From a cyanobacterium endosymbiont of Rhopalodia gibba (GTDB lineage Bacteria; Cyanobacteriota; Cyanobacteriia; Cyanobacteriales; Microcystaceae), in the NCBI GenBank assembly GCA_045159875.1, contig CP067995.1, positions 160,001 to 224,000 on the forward strand: 64,000 bases of DNA, read 5' to 3'. Below the pieces are notes generated by a model. That model saw only the letters and a list, made by a program, of their open reading frames with translations. It did no database searches and had not been told where the DNA came from. Each line of letters opens with the position of its first letter. The first letter of the stretch is position 1. The position numbers were made by a program, and so were the translations under genes. This document shows, one piece after another, positions 55,163 to 64,000 of this stretch.

Positions 55163-56050
55163 ATGAGAGTTCGCAATATCTTATTTTTGATTGTTTATGC
55201 GATTGTCTTAATATTGATTAGTCTTTGGATGGGAAAAGTTTCTTATTCTTGGTTTCCTCCCCAAGCTTCGGCAGAATCTTTATTGATTGACGAATTGTTT
55301 GCTTTCCTCGTAACTTTAGCAACTTTTATTTTCTTGGGAATTACCGGAGTAATCATCTACTCCATTGTCTTTCAACGAGCAGCCAAATATGATTATAGTG
55401 ATGGACCTCACATTGAAGGAAACGTCGTCCTAGAAATTGTTTGGACCTCGATCCCCATTCTTCTCGTATTTTGGTTAGCGGGATATAGCTATCAAGTTTA
55501 CGATCAAATGGCTATTCGCGGTTCAATGGAACTGAACTCCTTACCAATTGTTCCTGGACAAACTGCTACTGTTATTCCAGAACCTAGTCAAGCCATTGAA
55601 GTGGTTGCAGAACAGTGGTCTTGGGTATTTCGTTATCCTGAAAAGGATGTAACCAGTACGGAATTGCATCTTCCTGTAAACCAGAAAGTTCGTTTAACAT
55701 TAAAATCAAAAGATGTACTGCATGGCTTATACATTCCAGCTTTTCGAGTTAAGCAAGATATCGTTCCTAACAAAACCACTGACTTTGAATTTACTCCCAT
55801 TAAGGAAGGGAAATATCGCTTAAGAGACTCTCAATTTAGTGGAACTTATTTTGCTACGATGCAAACAGATGTAGTGGTAGAATCCCCTGAAGATTACCAA
55901 AAGTGGTTAGTTGAAGCAGCAGAACGCAAACCGTCTCCCGCCAACAATGTTGCAGCCTCAGAATATGTCCAACAGACAGAAAAAGCATTTAAAACTGGCT
56001 GGCCGACAATTGTTCCAGCAGAACCGCCAGTAGTCAATTATCCTACCTAA
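55163..56050 (+). CDS. ctaC: Heme-copper oxidase subunit II lacking CuA (ARTO CtaCII type)
   Basis: 'LEIVWTSIP', 'EQWSWVFRYP', 'DVLHGLYIP'; the CuA motif CxExCGxxHxxM is replaced by 'DSQFSGTYFATM'. Confidence 0.93.
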   Translation: MRVRNILFLIVYAIVLILISLWMGKVSYSWFPPQASAESLLIDELFAFLVTLATFIFLGITGVIIYSIVFQRAAKYDYSDGPHIEGNVVLEIVWTSIPILLVFWLAGYSYQVYDQMAIRGSMELNSLPIVPGQTATVIPEPSQAIEVVAEQWSWVFRYPEKDVTSTELHLPVNQKVRLTLKSKDVLHGLYIPAFRVKQDIVPNKTTDFEFTPIKEGKYRLRDSQFSGTYFATMQTDVVVESPEDYQKWLVEAAERKPSPANNVAASEYVQQTEKAFKTGWPTIVPAEPPVVNYPT

Positions 56051-56174
56051 TCTGGATTCGGGGTTTGTAGTTAGAAATATACTCTCGATACTTTACTTTT
56101 TTCCTCTTATCGAGTATTTGTAACCAGCATCATAATGATGATAATTAGCCGCATTCAATGTCAGGACAAAATAC

Positions 56175-57854
56175 ATGACAGACCGCCAAATTAAAGACGC
56201 AAACATTGTTACAGAAAGCTCCCCCGACCTCTCTGCGAGAAATTGGAGAAGATATTTTAGCTTTAGTACAGATCATAAAGTCATTGGAATTCAATACCTA
56301 GTTACTTCTTTTCTTTTCTTCCTTATTGGTGGAATCTTCGCCATGGTCATTAGGGGAGAATTAATTACCCCAGAAGCAGATTTAGTTGATCGCACTTTTT
56401 ACAACGGAATGTTCACCATGCATGGCACTATCATGCTATTTTTGTGGACATTTCCCTCATTGGTCGGGTTAGCCAACTATTTGGTTCCTATTATGATAGG
56501 AGCAAAAGACATGGCTTTTCCTCGTCTCAATGCGGCCGCCTTTTGGATGGTCCCCGTGGTGGGAATATTAATGTTAGCCAGCTTTTTTGTTCCTAGTGGA
56601 TCAGCCCAAGCAGGTTGGTGGTCTTACCCTCCGGTTAGTGTTCAAAACCCCACGGGACAGTTGATTACAGGACAGGTTCTTTGGTTGTTGGCAGTGGCTA
56701 TTTCTGGAATCTCCTCGATTATGGGGGCAGTCAATTTTGTAACTACTGTGGTCAAAATGCGCGCGCCTGGAATGACCTTTTTTCGGATGCCAATTTTTGT
56801 TTGGGCAGTTTTTAGCGCGCAAATTATTCAATTATTTGGCTTACCGGCTCTCACCGCAGGGGCAGTGATGTTGTTATTTGATGTCACCGTAGGGACCAGC
56901 TTTTTTGACCCCTCTCGAGGAGGAAACCCTATCTTATTTCAACACTTTTTCTGGTTTTATTCCCACCCGGCGGTCTATGTAATTATTCTGCCCATTTTTG
57001 GTATCTTCTCAGAAATTTTCCCAGTTTATTCCCGTAAACCTTTGTTTGGGTATAAAATTGTTGCAATTTCTTCGTTACTCATTGCTGGGGTTAGTGGATT
57101 AGTTTGGGTACACCATATGTACGTTAGTGAAACACCAGGTTGGATGCGGATGGTGTTTATGCTGTCTACCATGTGTGTGTCAGTTCCCACCGGAATTAAG
57201 GTGTTTGCTTGGGTGGGTACTATCTGGGGAGGAAAATTACGCCTCAAAACCCCTATGTTATTCGCTTTGGGGGCGTTAGTTATGTTTATTTTTGCAGGCT
57301 TAACGGGTATTATGTTGTCAGCAGTCCCCGTGGATATTCATGTAAATAACACTTATTTTGTTGTAGGACATTTCCATTATGTTCTCTATGGAACAGTCAC
57401 AATGGGAATGTATGCCGCTATTTATCATTGGTTTCCTAAAATGACAGGGAGAATGTATCGTGAAAGTTGGGGTCAAGTCCACTTCTGGTTAGCTTTTATT
57501 GGTACGAATTTAAACTTTTTACCTATGCACCCTTTGGGGTTACAAGGAATGTTACGTCGGGTATCTTCTTATGACCCTGAGTACACCTTTTGGAATGTGG
57601 TAGCGAGTCTTGGGGCATTTTTATTAGGAATGTCTACATTGCCTTTTATTGTCAATATGGTTAGTTCTTGGATACAAGGACCGATCACCTCGAATAATCC
57701 TTGGCGTGCTATTGGGTTAGAATGGATTATTTCCTCTCCCCCTAGTATAGAAAATTTCGAAGAGCTTCCTGTGATTGTTTCTGGTCCCTATGGTTATGGT
57801 AAGTCAGATCCATTAGTTGCTAATGAGGAAGCAATCATAGGACGTAGTAAATAG
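56175..57854 (+). CDS. ctaD: Heme-copper oxidase subunit I (ARTO CtaDII type)
   Basis: 'TDHKVIG', 'TMHGTIM', 'WFYSHPAVY', 'VWVHHMY', 'VVGHFHYV'. Confidence 0.97.
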   Translation: MTDRQIKDANIVTESSPDLSARNWRRYFSFSTDHKVIGIQYLVTSFLFFLIGGIFAMVIRGELITPEADLVDRTFYNGMFTMHGTIMLFLWTFPSLVGLANYLVPIMIGAKDMAFPRLNAAAFWMVPVVGILMLASFFVPSGSAQAGWWSYPPVSVQNPTGQLITGQVLWLLAVAISGISSIMGAVNFVTTVVKMRAPGMTFFRMPIFVWAVFSAQIIQLFGLPALTAGAVMLLFDVTVGTSFFDPSRGGNPILFQHFFWFYSHPAVYVIILPIFGIFSEIFPVYSRKPLFGYKIVAISSLLIAGVSGLVWVHHMYVSETPGWMRMVFMLSTMCVSVPTGIKVFAWVGTIWGGKLRLKTPMLFALGALVMFIFAGLTGIMLSAVPVDIHVNNTYFVVGHFHYVLYGTVTMGMYAAIYHWFPKMTGRMYRESWGQVHFWLAFIGTNLNFLPMHPLGLQGMLRRVSSYDPEYTFWNVVASLGAFLLGMSTLPFIVNMVSSWIQGPITSNNPWRAIGLEWIISSPPSIENFEELPVIVSGPYGYGKSDPLVANEEAIIGRSK

Positions 57855-57912
57855 TTAACATTTAATAGTTTTTAATTGTTTCTATTAGTTTTTTATTCCC
57901 TGATTTGAGAAT

Positions 57913-58527
57913 TTGGAGAGTACAATGGATAGTTCAGTTTCTTCAGAACAATTGCATGGGGCAATAGGAGAACATGAACACGATACAGAAGGCAATAGTC
58001 TCTTTGCCTTTGTTGTGTTTCTTCTATCAGAGAGTATTATTTTTCTTAGCTTTTTTGTCGGATATTGTGTCTACAAAACTACTGCGGTTGACTGGCTGCC
58101 GGCAGGAGTGACAGGCCTAGAGATTAAAGAACCTGCTATTAATACAGCGATTTTGGTGTCTAGTAGTTTCGTTATCTATCTTGCTGAAAAGTGTTTAGAA
58201 AACAGTCGATTTTGGGCTTTTCGGTTTTTTCTGTTAATGACTATAGCCATGGGAAGCTACTTTTTGATTGGACAAGCGCTTGAATGGAGTAATCTAGAAT
58301 TCCAGTTCACTTCTGGCGTATTTGGGGGAATGTTTTATCTCCTAACAGGGTTTCATGGGTTGCACGTTCTCACAGGTGTTATTTTACAAACTTTGATGTT
58401 AGGTCGTTCCTTTTTCCCAAAGAATTACGAAGGGGGACATTTTGGCGTTATGGCAACCTCTTTGTTTTGGCACTTTGTTGATGTTATTTGGATTATTTTA
58501 TTTATCTTAATTTATCTATGGCAATAG
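57913..58527 (+). CDS. ctaE: Heme-copper oxidase subunit III
   Basis: 'FLLSESIIF', 'NTAILVSSS', 'LTGFHGLHV', 'FWHFVDVIWI'. The start may be the ATG at 57925. Confidence 0.95.
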   Translation: MESTMDSSVSSEQLHGAIGEHEHDTEGNSLFAFVVFLLSESIIFLSFFVGYCVYKTTAVDWLPAGVTGLEIKEPAINTAILVSSSFVIYLAEKCLENSRFWAFRFFLLMTIAMGSYFLIGQALEWSNLEFQFTSGVFGGMFYLLTGFHGLHVLTGVILQTLMLGRSFFPKNYEGGHFGVMATSLFWHFVDVIWIILFILIYLWQ

Positions 58528-58564
58528 GTAATAGGTAATAGGTAATAAGTAATAGGTAATAGAT
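58523..58564. repeat. Six tandem heptamers (aataggt), STRR-like
   Basis: aataggt x3, aataagt, aataggt, aatagat; overlaps the ctaE stop. Confidence 0.9.
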
Positions 58565-58580
58565 AAGTAGAGAGGCAATT

Positions 58581-60098
58581 ATGATTATTGATGATCAACA
58601 TTATGATGTAATTATTGTTGGTACGGGGGCAGGAGGAGGAACTTTAGCTAATAAACTAGCCCCTACAGGTAAAAGAATTTTAATTCTAGAAAGGGGAGAC
58701 TTTATGCCCCTAGAGGAACAAAATAGAGCTAACGTTGATATTTTTAAAAAAGAACGTTATCGAGCGCCAGAACGATGGTATAACAAGGATGGAGAGACAT
58801 TTTCTCCTCAGACAAATTATGCCGTTGGTGGAAATACAAAGATCTACGGAGCGGCATTAGTTAGAATGCGGGAAAAAGACTTTGAAGATGTGGAACATCA
58901 AGAAGGAATTTCACCCGCTTGGGGGCTAAAATATAGTGACTTTGAACCCTATTATACCGAAGCAGAAAAACTTTACATGGTTCATGGCCGAACAGGAGAT
59001 GATCCTACTGAACCTTTTCGTAGTTCAGATTATCCTTTACCCCCGATAGAAAACGAACCCCAAATTCAAAAGATTGTTGATGCAATCACCCAACAAGGGT
59101 TACATCCCACGACATTACCTCTGAGTTTAACTCCCACAGAAGATGATCCTACGGGAGACTCGGAAGTCTTTGGTATTGTGCCGGCATTGAAACATTCCAA
59201 TGTGACCCTTAAAACCTCAGCTAAGGTGGTCTGTTTACTTACTAATTCCTCAGGAGAAGCAGTTAGAGCAGTAGAAGCTAAAATTTGCGGTCAATCTTAC
59301 CTATTTTTTGGAGATATAATCGTTTTAGCGTGCGGTGCTATCAATTCATCTGCTTTACTATTACGTTCTGCTAATCATAAGCATCCTAACGGATTGGGGA
59401 ATAGTTCTGATCAGGTGGGGCGTAATTTGATGAAACATCATCAAACCGCGATAGTAGAATTAAGTGCCAAGTCAAATTCGGGAAAATTTCTCAGAACAGT
59501 TAGTATCAATGACTTTTACTGGGGTGACGAAAATTTCCCTTACCCAATGGGTCATATTGAGAATACAGGAGGACTGCTTCAAGATATTATTTTCGCCGAA
59601 TCTCCTCCCATTTTATCTGTTTTAGCGAAAGGTATGCCTGGGTTTGGACTTAAACAGTTAGCGAAACGATCTATCGGTTGGTGGATGTATACGGAAACCT
59701 TGCCTGAGCCAAATAATCGTGTAAGAGTCAGCGGGGATAGGCTATATGTTGAATACACCCCGAATAATATTGAGGCGCATGATCGCCTAATTTATCGCTG
59801 GATAGATGTATTAAAAAAGGGAGAAAATAAGCTGGGAAATTCTGTTTTTGAGAAGCTAGCAGTTTACCCCCGTGGGGAAGTGACTATACAGGCAGTTGCT
59901 AACCAATGTGGTACTTGTCGCTTTGGGGAAGATCCGGCTCATTCTGTTCTTAACTTCAATTGTCGTGCTCATGAGCTTGAAAATCTTTATATTGTTGATA
60001 GTAGTTTCTTTCCATCAAGTTCAGGGGTTCCCCCGGCATTAACAATTATTGCTAATGCGTTGCGGGTAGGCGATCATCTGATAGAGAGGTTTGAGTGA
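58581..60098 (+). CDS. GMC family oxidoreductase (atypical)
   Basis: 'DVIIVGTGAGGG', 'VGGNTKIYGA', 'VGRNLM', 'QCGTCRFG', 'NLYIVDSSFFP', 'PALTIIANALRV'. Confidence 0.92.
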   Translation: MIIDDQHYDVIIVGTGAGGGTLANKLAPTGKRILILERGDFMPLEEQNRANVDIFKKERYRAPERWYNKDGETFSPQTNYAVGGNTKIYGAALVRMREKDFEDVEHQEGISPAWGLKYSDFEPYYTEAEKLYMVHGRTGDDPTEPFRSSDYPLPPIENEPQIQKIVDAITQQGLHPTTLPLSLTPTEDDPTGDSEVFGIVPALKHSNVTLKTSAKVVCLLTNSSGEAVRAVEAKICGQSYLFFGDIIVLACGAINSSALLLRSANHKHPNGLGNSSDQVGRNLMKHHQTAIVELSAKSNSGKFLRTVSINDFYWGDENFPYPMGHIENTGGLLQDIIFAESPPILSVLAKGMPGFGLKQLAKRSIGWWMYTETLPEPNNRVRVSGDRLYVEYTPNNIEAHDRLIYRWIDVLKKGENKLGNSVFEKLAVYPRGEVTIQAVANQCGTCRFGEDPAHSVLNFNCRAHELENLYIVDSSFFPSSSGVPPALTIIANALRVGDHLIERFE

Positions 60099-60384
60099 AA
60101 AAACGGAAGTTAGAAGTAAATATTGCCCATAAAGTAGTTTTAAAGTGGGGATGAAGACAAATATTCTTTTAATCCCCATCTGGAGAAGCAAAAAAAATAT
60201 AACTTCAAGCTTTGTTATTATTTTTATTGGACTAAATTGTTTATAAACAATACGATTATACGTTGATTTATACGCAAACAGCGCAAGACTGTTTCTAAAA
60301 TAAAAATAATGAAACAGTTACATACGAACATAAAACATTAGGCTTTTAGAGGACTTAGAAAAATTATTCTATGAGCTGAGAATA

Positions 60385-60418
60385 TTACTCTAAAGAACTT
60401 AAAAGTTCTTTAGAGTAA
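60385..60418. repeat. Perfect 16-bp inverted repeat, 2-nt spacer
   Basis: ttactctaaagaactt-aa-aagttctttagagtaa. Confidence 0.9.
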
Positions 60419-61714
60419 CTTTATTTCTTCTTAATCTTATCTACTGAGTATGATTGGGTTGACATTTAATAATTTCTAAACCCTTTGTTCTGAGTGTATT
60501 CTTTAACTCTAAGAAATTTAATCTCTATAAAAATCAAGTTTTTTGATATTAGAAATCTTATGGAGTAAGATTTTCAGTTTTTATTTATTATGATTTTGTA
60601 ACAGCTACTATAAAAGATCCTTAATTGTTTTAGCTATTTTAATATATTTCAAAGTCTAAGCTGCTCTCCTACAATGGATTCTAGTCTATGACTATCTACT
60701 ATTAACGAGTTTTCTTTATGTAAAAATATTGACAGAAGTAAAAGTATCTAAAATACTAACAGATAACTTTAATAATTGTCAAATATTTAGTTTAAAGACT
60801 TTTGAAATTACAGATTTTGGTGATTATAATCATAGTGGCTTTAGAATGAATATTTTTTTGTTATACCAAATTTATAATTTAGAATTAACAAATAAAATGC
60901 TAAGTCAATAAACCCTAGTCTTTTAAAATCAACGAAATTTCTAAATTTATAAGTTCTTATTTTAATAAACTTCGTTTTTCTATGAATACCTTCTACTATT
61001 CTTTAATTTCTTTTGATCAAAATAGGTAATAATTTATCGAAAACCTATTTAATTTTCCCACAGCTTTTTTATAAACAAAATAATTTGCACATTCTTAAAA
61101 AGACTGGTTAGGTTTTATACACTTAGTCTAATTGAACTTTTTGATTAAAATTTTTAAGCTCTTTAGCTTTTCGTTAAAGTTTTTTAAATCAGATAATTCA
61201 TTATTTATATAAATCTATTAAGACTAAATAATAACTTGCTTGTCTTTTGATGACAGCAGTCTTATCAATCATTAAGCGTTTTGATTTATATTTTTTTATC
61301 GGCAATGCTTGACTTAAATCTTTGATCATTGTTTCTATTTATTTTTCAATCAATTTATGTATTTTGTACATATTATTTGTGTTACTATTTAAGATTCATT
61401 TAAAAACTTTTATTTTAATTTTTTATATATTGATAATATTTTATTTGACTACGACATATCTTAAAAAACAAGAATTTCTCTGCCTGGACAAAATCTCTTA
61501 TAAGTCAATTTATGATATAAATAAATTTTTTTATAAGAGAACTATGATAAATACAGATTGCTATAGAGTCTATTTTCTCGAAAAGTAAGCCTATTTTTAT
61601 TTTGTATAAAATATAATAATTGGTAATAAAAAAATTTTTAAATTTGGAATAACATTCATTTAACTAAGTTTAATATCTAACACTTGAGATATAAATAAAG
61701 TGAAATCTTTAGTT

Positions 61715-62220
61715 AAGCATAATTTAATCGAAGAACAAAATTTACTAGAATACTGTCCTTATAATAATTAAGGCTTTTGATAAGCTTACTCTTGACAATC
61801 AAATTGTGTATTCACGTCTTTGATTTCTACATAGCAGGTTTGGCAGAACTATTCAATTATTTTTTACTCCTGACCGGTCAGAAATTTTAATCAATTTATA
61901 GTCAGAAAATATGGGGCGATATTTACCAATTTTTTTAGTCCTGCACGAGCTTCTATTAAATTAGAGTTAATCAAAGCTAAAAATTTGAATAATGTTTTCT
62001 ATCAAATCTAAAGAGGATTAGATTTCAAGGTTGATCATGACTTTATTTAAGAGTATTAAACTAAAATTTATACCCTTTATTTATTCAGAGATTTAGCTAT
62101 TATTGAACAATCTCGAATTAGTCCAATGTTATAGTGATCGCTTTATCCATTCTGGATGGAATATATTTTTTGACAAAATTTGCTAATGCGTAACTATTAA
62201 TTACGACTTTAACCCTGATT
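61715..62220 (+). pseudogene. Eroded gene, possibly GUN4-domain protein
   Basis: Fragments 'NLIEEQNLLEYCP', 'AFDKL', 'QVWQ', 'RDLAIIEQ', 'DRF', 'KFANA' loosely resemble GUN4 motifs (PC.DL..ID.LW...S.GRFGFSVQ..IW). Confidence 0.35.
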
Positions 62221-62352
62221 ATTAATTATCAATTGAGTATTAGATGATCAACCTTAATATTGGGTACGGAAATTTTCCCTTGATTAATCTAGCCAGTTTA
62301 GGTAAAGCTATGATTAAGTCAATCAGATTAAGCAAATTTTAGGTCAACAACT

Positions 62353-62643
62353 ATGAAATATATAGTTCAAGGTTTCTATAACTGGTATCAAAATGCAATG
62401 AAACGTCCTCAGTCTCGCCGGCTTATTATTCTCGGAACTCTCATTTATCTATTAAGTCCTATTGATATTTCACCAGATTTAATCCCTATTTTAGGATGGA
62501 TTGATGATGGCTTATTGATATTTCTATTAGTGAATGAACTTTCTAGCTTATTTTGGAGATACGGTCAAAAACGTCATAATGATCAAACTGTTCATGACAA
62601 TTCTTCCTGCGTAACCACCATCGATGTTGACGTCATTCAGTGA
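62353..62643 (+). CDS. YkvA/DUF1232 family small membrane protein
   Basis: 'IYLLSPIDISPDLIPILGWIDD'. Confidence 0.9.
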   Translation: MKYIVQGFYNWYQNAMKRPQSRRLIILGTLIYLLSPIDISPDLIPILGWIDDGLLIFLLVNELSSLFWRYGQKRHNDQTVHDNSSCVTTIDVDVIQ

Positions 62644-62750
62644 GTTATCTACTTTCTCTATAAAAATAAAGAGACAATATTGGTTTCTTAGTTTGATCCT
62701 TCTGTACTATTATCGATGGTATCTTGAACGTAGTTTGATAAGGAAAAAGG

Positions 62751-64000
62751 GTGAAAGTTTTAGTTATTGGTAATGGAGGGCGCGAACACGCCTTAGCATG
62801 GAAACTGTTACAGTCTCCTCGAGTTGAACGGTGTTGGTGTGTTCCAGGAAATGGGGGAACCGCCTTATTAGAAAGGTGTGAAAATATCCCCTTAGCCGTA
62901 GAGAATATTGACGAGATTGCCCAAGTTGCCTGTCAAAATCAAATTGATCTGGTGGTAGTCGGACCAGAAGTCATCCTATCGTTGGGAATTAGCGATCTCC
63001 TTCAACAAAAAGGTATCCCTGTTTTTGGTCCTACCCGACTCGGAGCAAAAATTGAGTCAAGTAAGTCCTGGGCAAAAACTCTCATGGCTGAAGCGGGAGT
63101 TCCTATCGCCCAAGGAAAAACTTTTACTAATGCAGCCGCGGCTAAAGCTTATATTAATCAACAAGGAACCCCCATTGTCGTTAAAGCTGATGGATTGGCA
63201 GCTGGAAAAGGGGTTATTGTCGCCCAAACAGTCCCAGAAGCCTATGCTGCAGTTGATGACCTGTTTAAAACGGGATTTTCTCTGATTGTGGTAGAAGAAT
63301 GTTTAATCGGAGAAGAAGTCTCTATATTAGCCCTAACTGATGGAATAACAGTTCGTTCCCTGCTACCTGCCCAGGACCACAAGCGCATTGGAGAAGGGGA
63401 TATAGGACTTAATACAGGGGGAATGGGGGCTTATTGTCCAGCCCCAATCGCTACATCAGACTTATTACAACGGATCGATAAGGAAATTTTGCAGCCCACT
63501 GTAAACGCTTTACGCGACCGTGGGATAGACTATCGAGGTGTCTTGTATGCAGGGTTAATGGTATCGCCTCAAGGAGAACCCAAAGTATTAGAGTATAATT
63601 GTCGTTTTGGTGATCCTGAAACCCAAGCAGTGTTACCCTTGTTGGAAACTCCTTTAGACCAAGTGATTTTAGCTTGTGTGCAACAGCGTTTAGAAGAGTT
63701 ACCCCCCCTACGTTGGCATTCAGGAACGGCTGTTTGCGTAGTGGCAGTTTCTGGGGGGTATCCTGGAAAGTATGAGAAAGGGAAACTAATTACAGGTATT
63801 CAAGAAGCGGAGGCGATGGGAGTGACAGTGTTCCAAGCAGGAACGGCATTAGAAGGAGATCGCCTAATCACAGATGGAGGAAGAGTTTTGGGGGTGACAG
63901 CGATCAGACAAAATCTTAGTGAGGCTATTATTGAAGTTTATCAAGGGGTTGATTGTATTGACTTTGAAGGAAAATATTATCGTCGAGATATTGGACATCG
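62751..64000 (+). CDS. purD: Phosphoribosylamine--glycine ligase (3' end runs off the window)
   Basis: GTG start after 'aggaaaaagg'; 'KVLVIGNGGREHALAWKL', 'VKADGLAAGKG', 'QDHKR', 'NTGGMGAY', 'RFGDPETQ', 'YYRRDIGH'. Absent from the ORF track because there is no stop in the window. Confidence 0.98.
   Translation, partial: MKVLVIGNGGREHALAWKLLQSPRVERCWCVPGNGGTALLERCENIPLAVENIDEIAQVACQNQIDLVVVGPEVILSLGISDLLQQKGIPVFGPTRLGAKIESSKSWAKTLMAEAGVPIAQGKTFTNAAAAKAYINQQGTPIVVKADGLAAGKGVIVAQTVPEAYAAVDDLFKTGFSLIVVEECLIGEEVSILALTDGITVRSLLPAQDHKRIGEGDIGLNTGGMGAYCPAPIATSDLLQRIDKEILQPTVNALRDRGIDYRGVLYAGLMVSPQGEPKVLEYNCRFGDPETQAVLPLLETPLDQVILACVQQRLEELPPLRWHSGTAVCVVAVSGGYPGKYEKGKLITGIQEAEAMGVTVFQAGTALEGDRLITDGGRVLGVTAIRQNLSEAIIEVYQGVDCIDFEGKYYRRDIGH

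Noticed and set aside
13367..58564. Tandem repeats as a possible CRISPR array
   Set aside because: Units are 7-9 nt with no unique spacers, and there are no cas genes; no CRISPR, tRNA or rRNA was seen in the window.
1959..63285. Short ORFs overlapping real genes (e.g. 1959, 8729, 9247, 10636, 11151, 16053, 22239, 28993, 30204, 30253, 39481, 48879, 49266, 56601, 57026, 63025)
   Set aside because: Antisense or alternate-frame shadows of well-supported CDSs, with no motifs of their own.

Overview
AT-rich cyanobacterial DNA undergoing active genome reduction. About 33 intact genes (pheS, surE, coaBC-like, uvrC, thiO-thiG fusion, hemJ, shc, cyclophilin, grxC, rbgA, recG, folK, photolyase, NDH-2, an ARTO-type oxidase operon, purD running off the right edge) are separated by long eroded spacers. 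I could read about ten pseudogenes in those spacers by hand (lipase, LivH/NatD, GH13 glucosidase, EamA, Na+:solute symporter, NUDIX, atypical SDR, TPR, and less certainly GUN4 and FUSC), plus IS200/IS605-type relics, a probable 6S RNA and several perfect palindromes. The pattern best fits a Chroococcales-derived endosymbiont such as a rhopalodiacean diatom spheroid body; this is inference and is not proven by this window. The most system-like element is at 51.6-60.1 kb: NDH-2 divergent from DUF2231-DUF2231-ctaC(no CuA)-ctaD-ctaE-atypical GMC oxidoreductase, a candidate self-contained O2-scavenging respiratory module. Other highlights are a eukaryotic-type cyclophilin A, an archaeal-style CoaBC, strongly biased C>T decay of HIP1 octamers, and IS ends overlapping the thiG stop codon and the 6S RNA 5' arm. 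All identifications come from motif recognition by eye; no database searches were run, and pseudogene boundaries are approximate.
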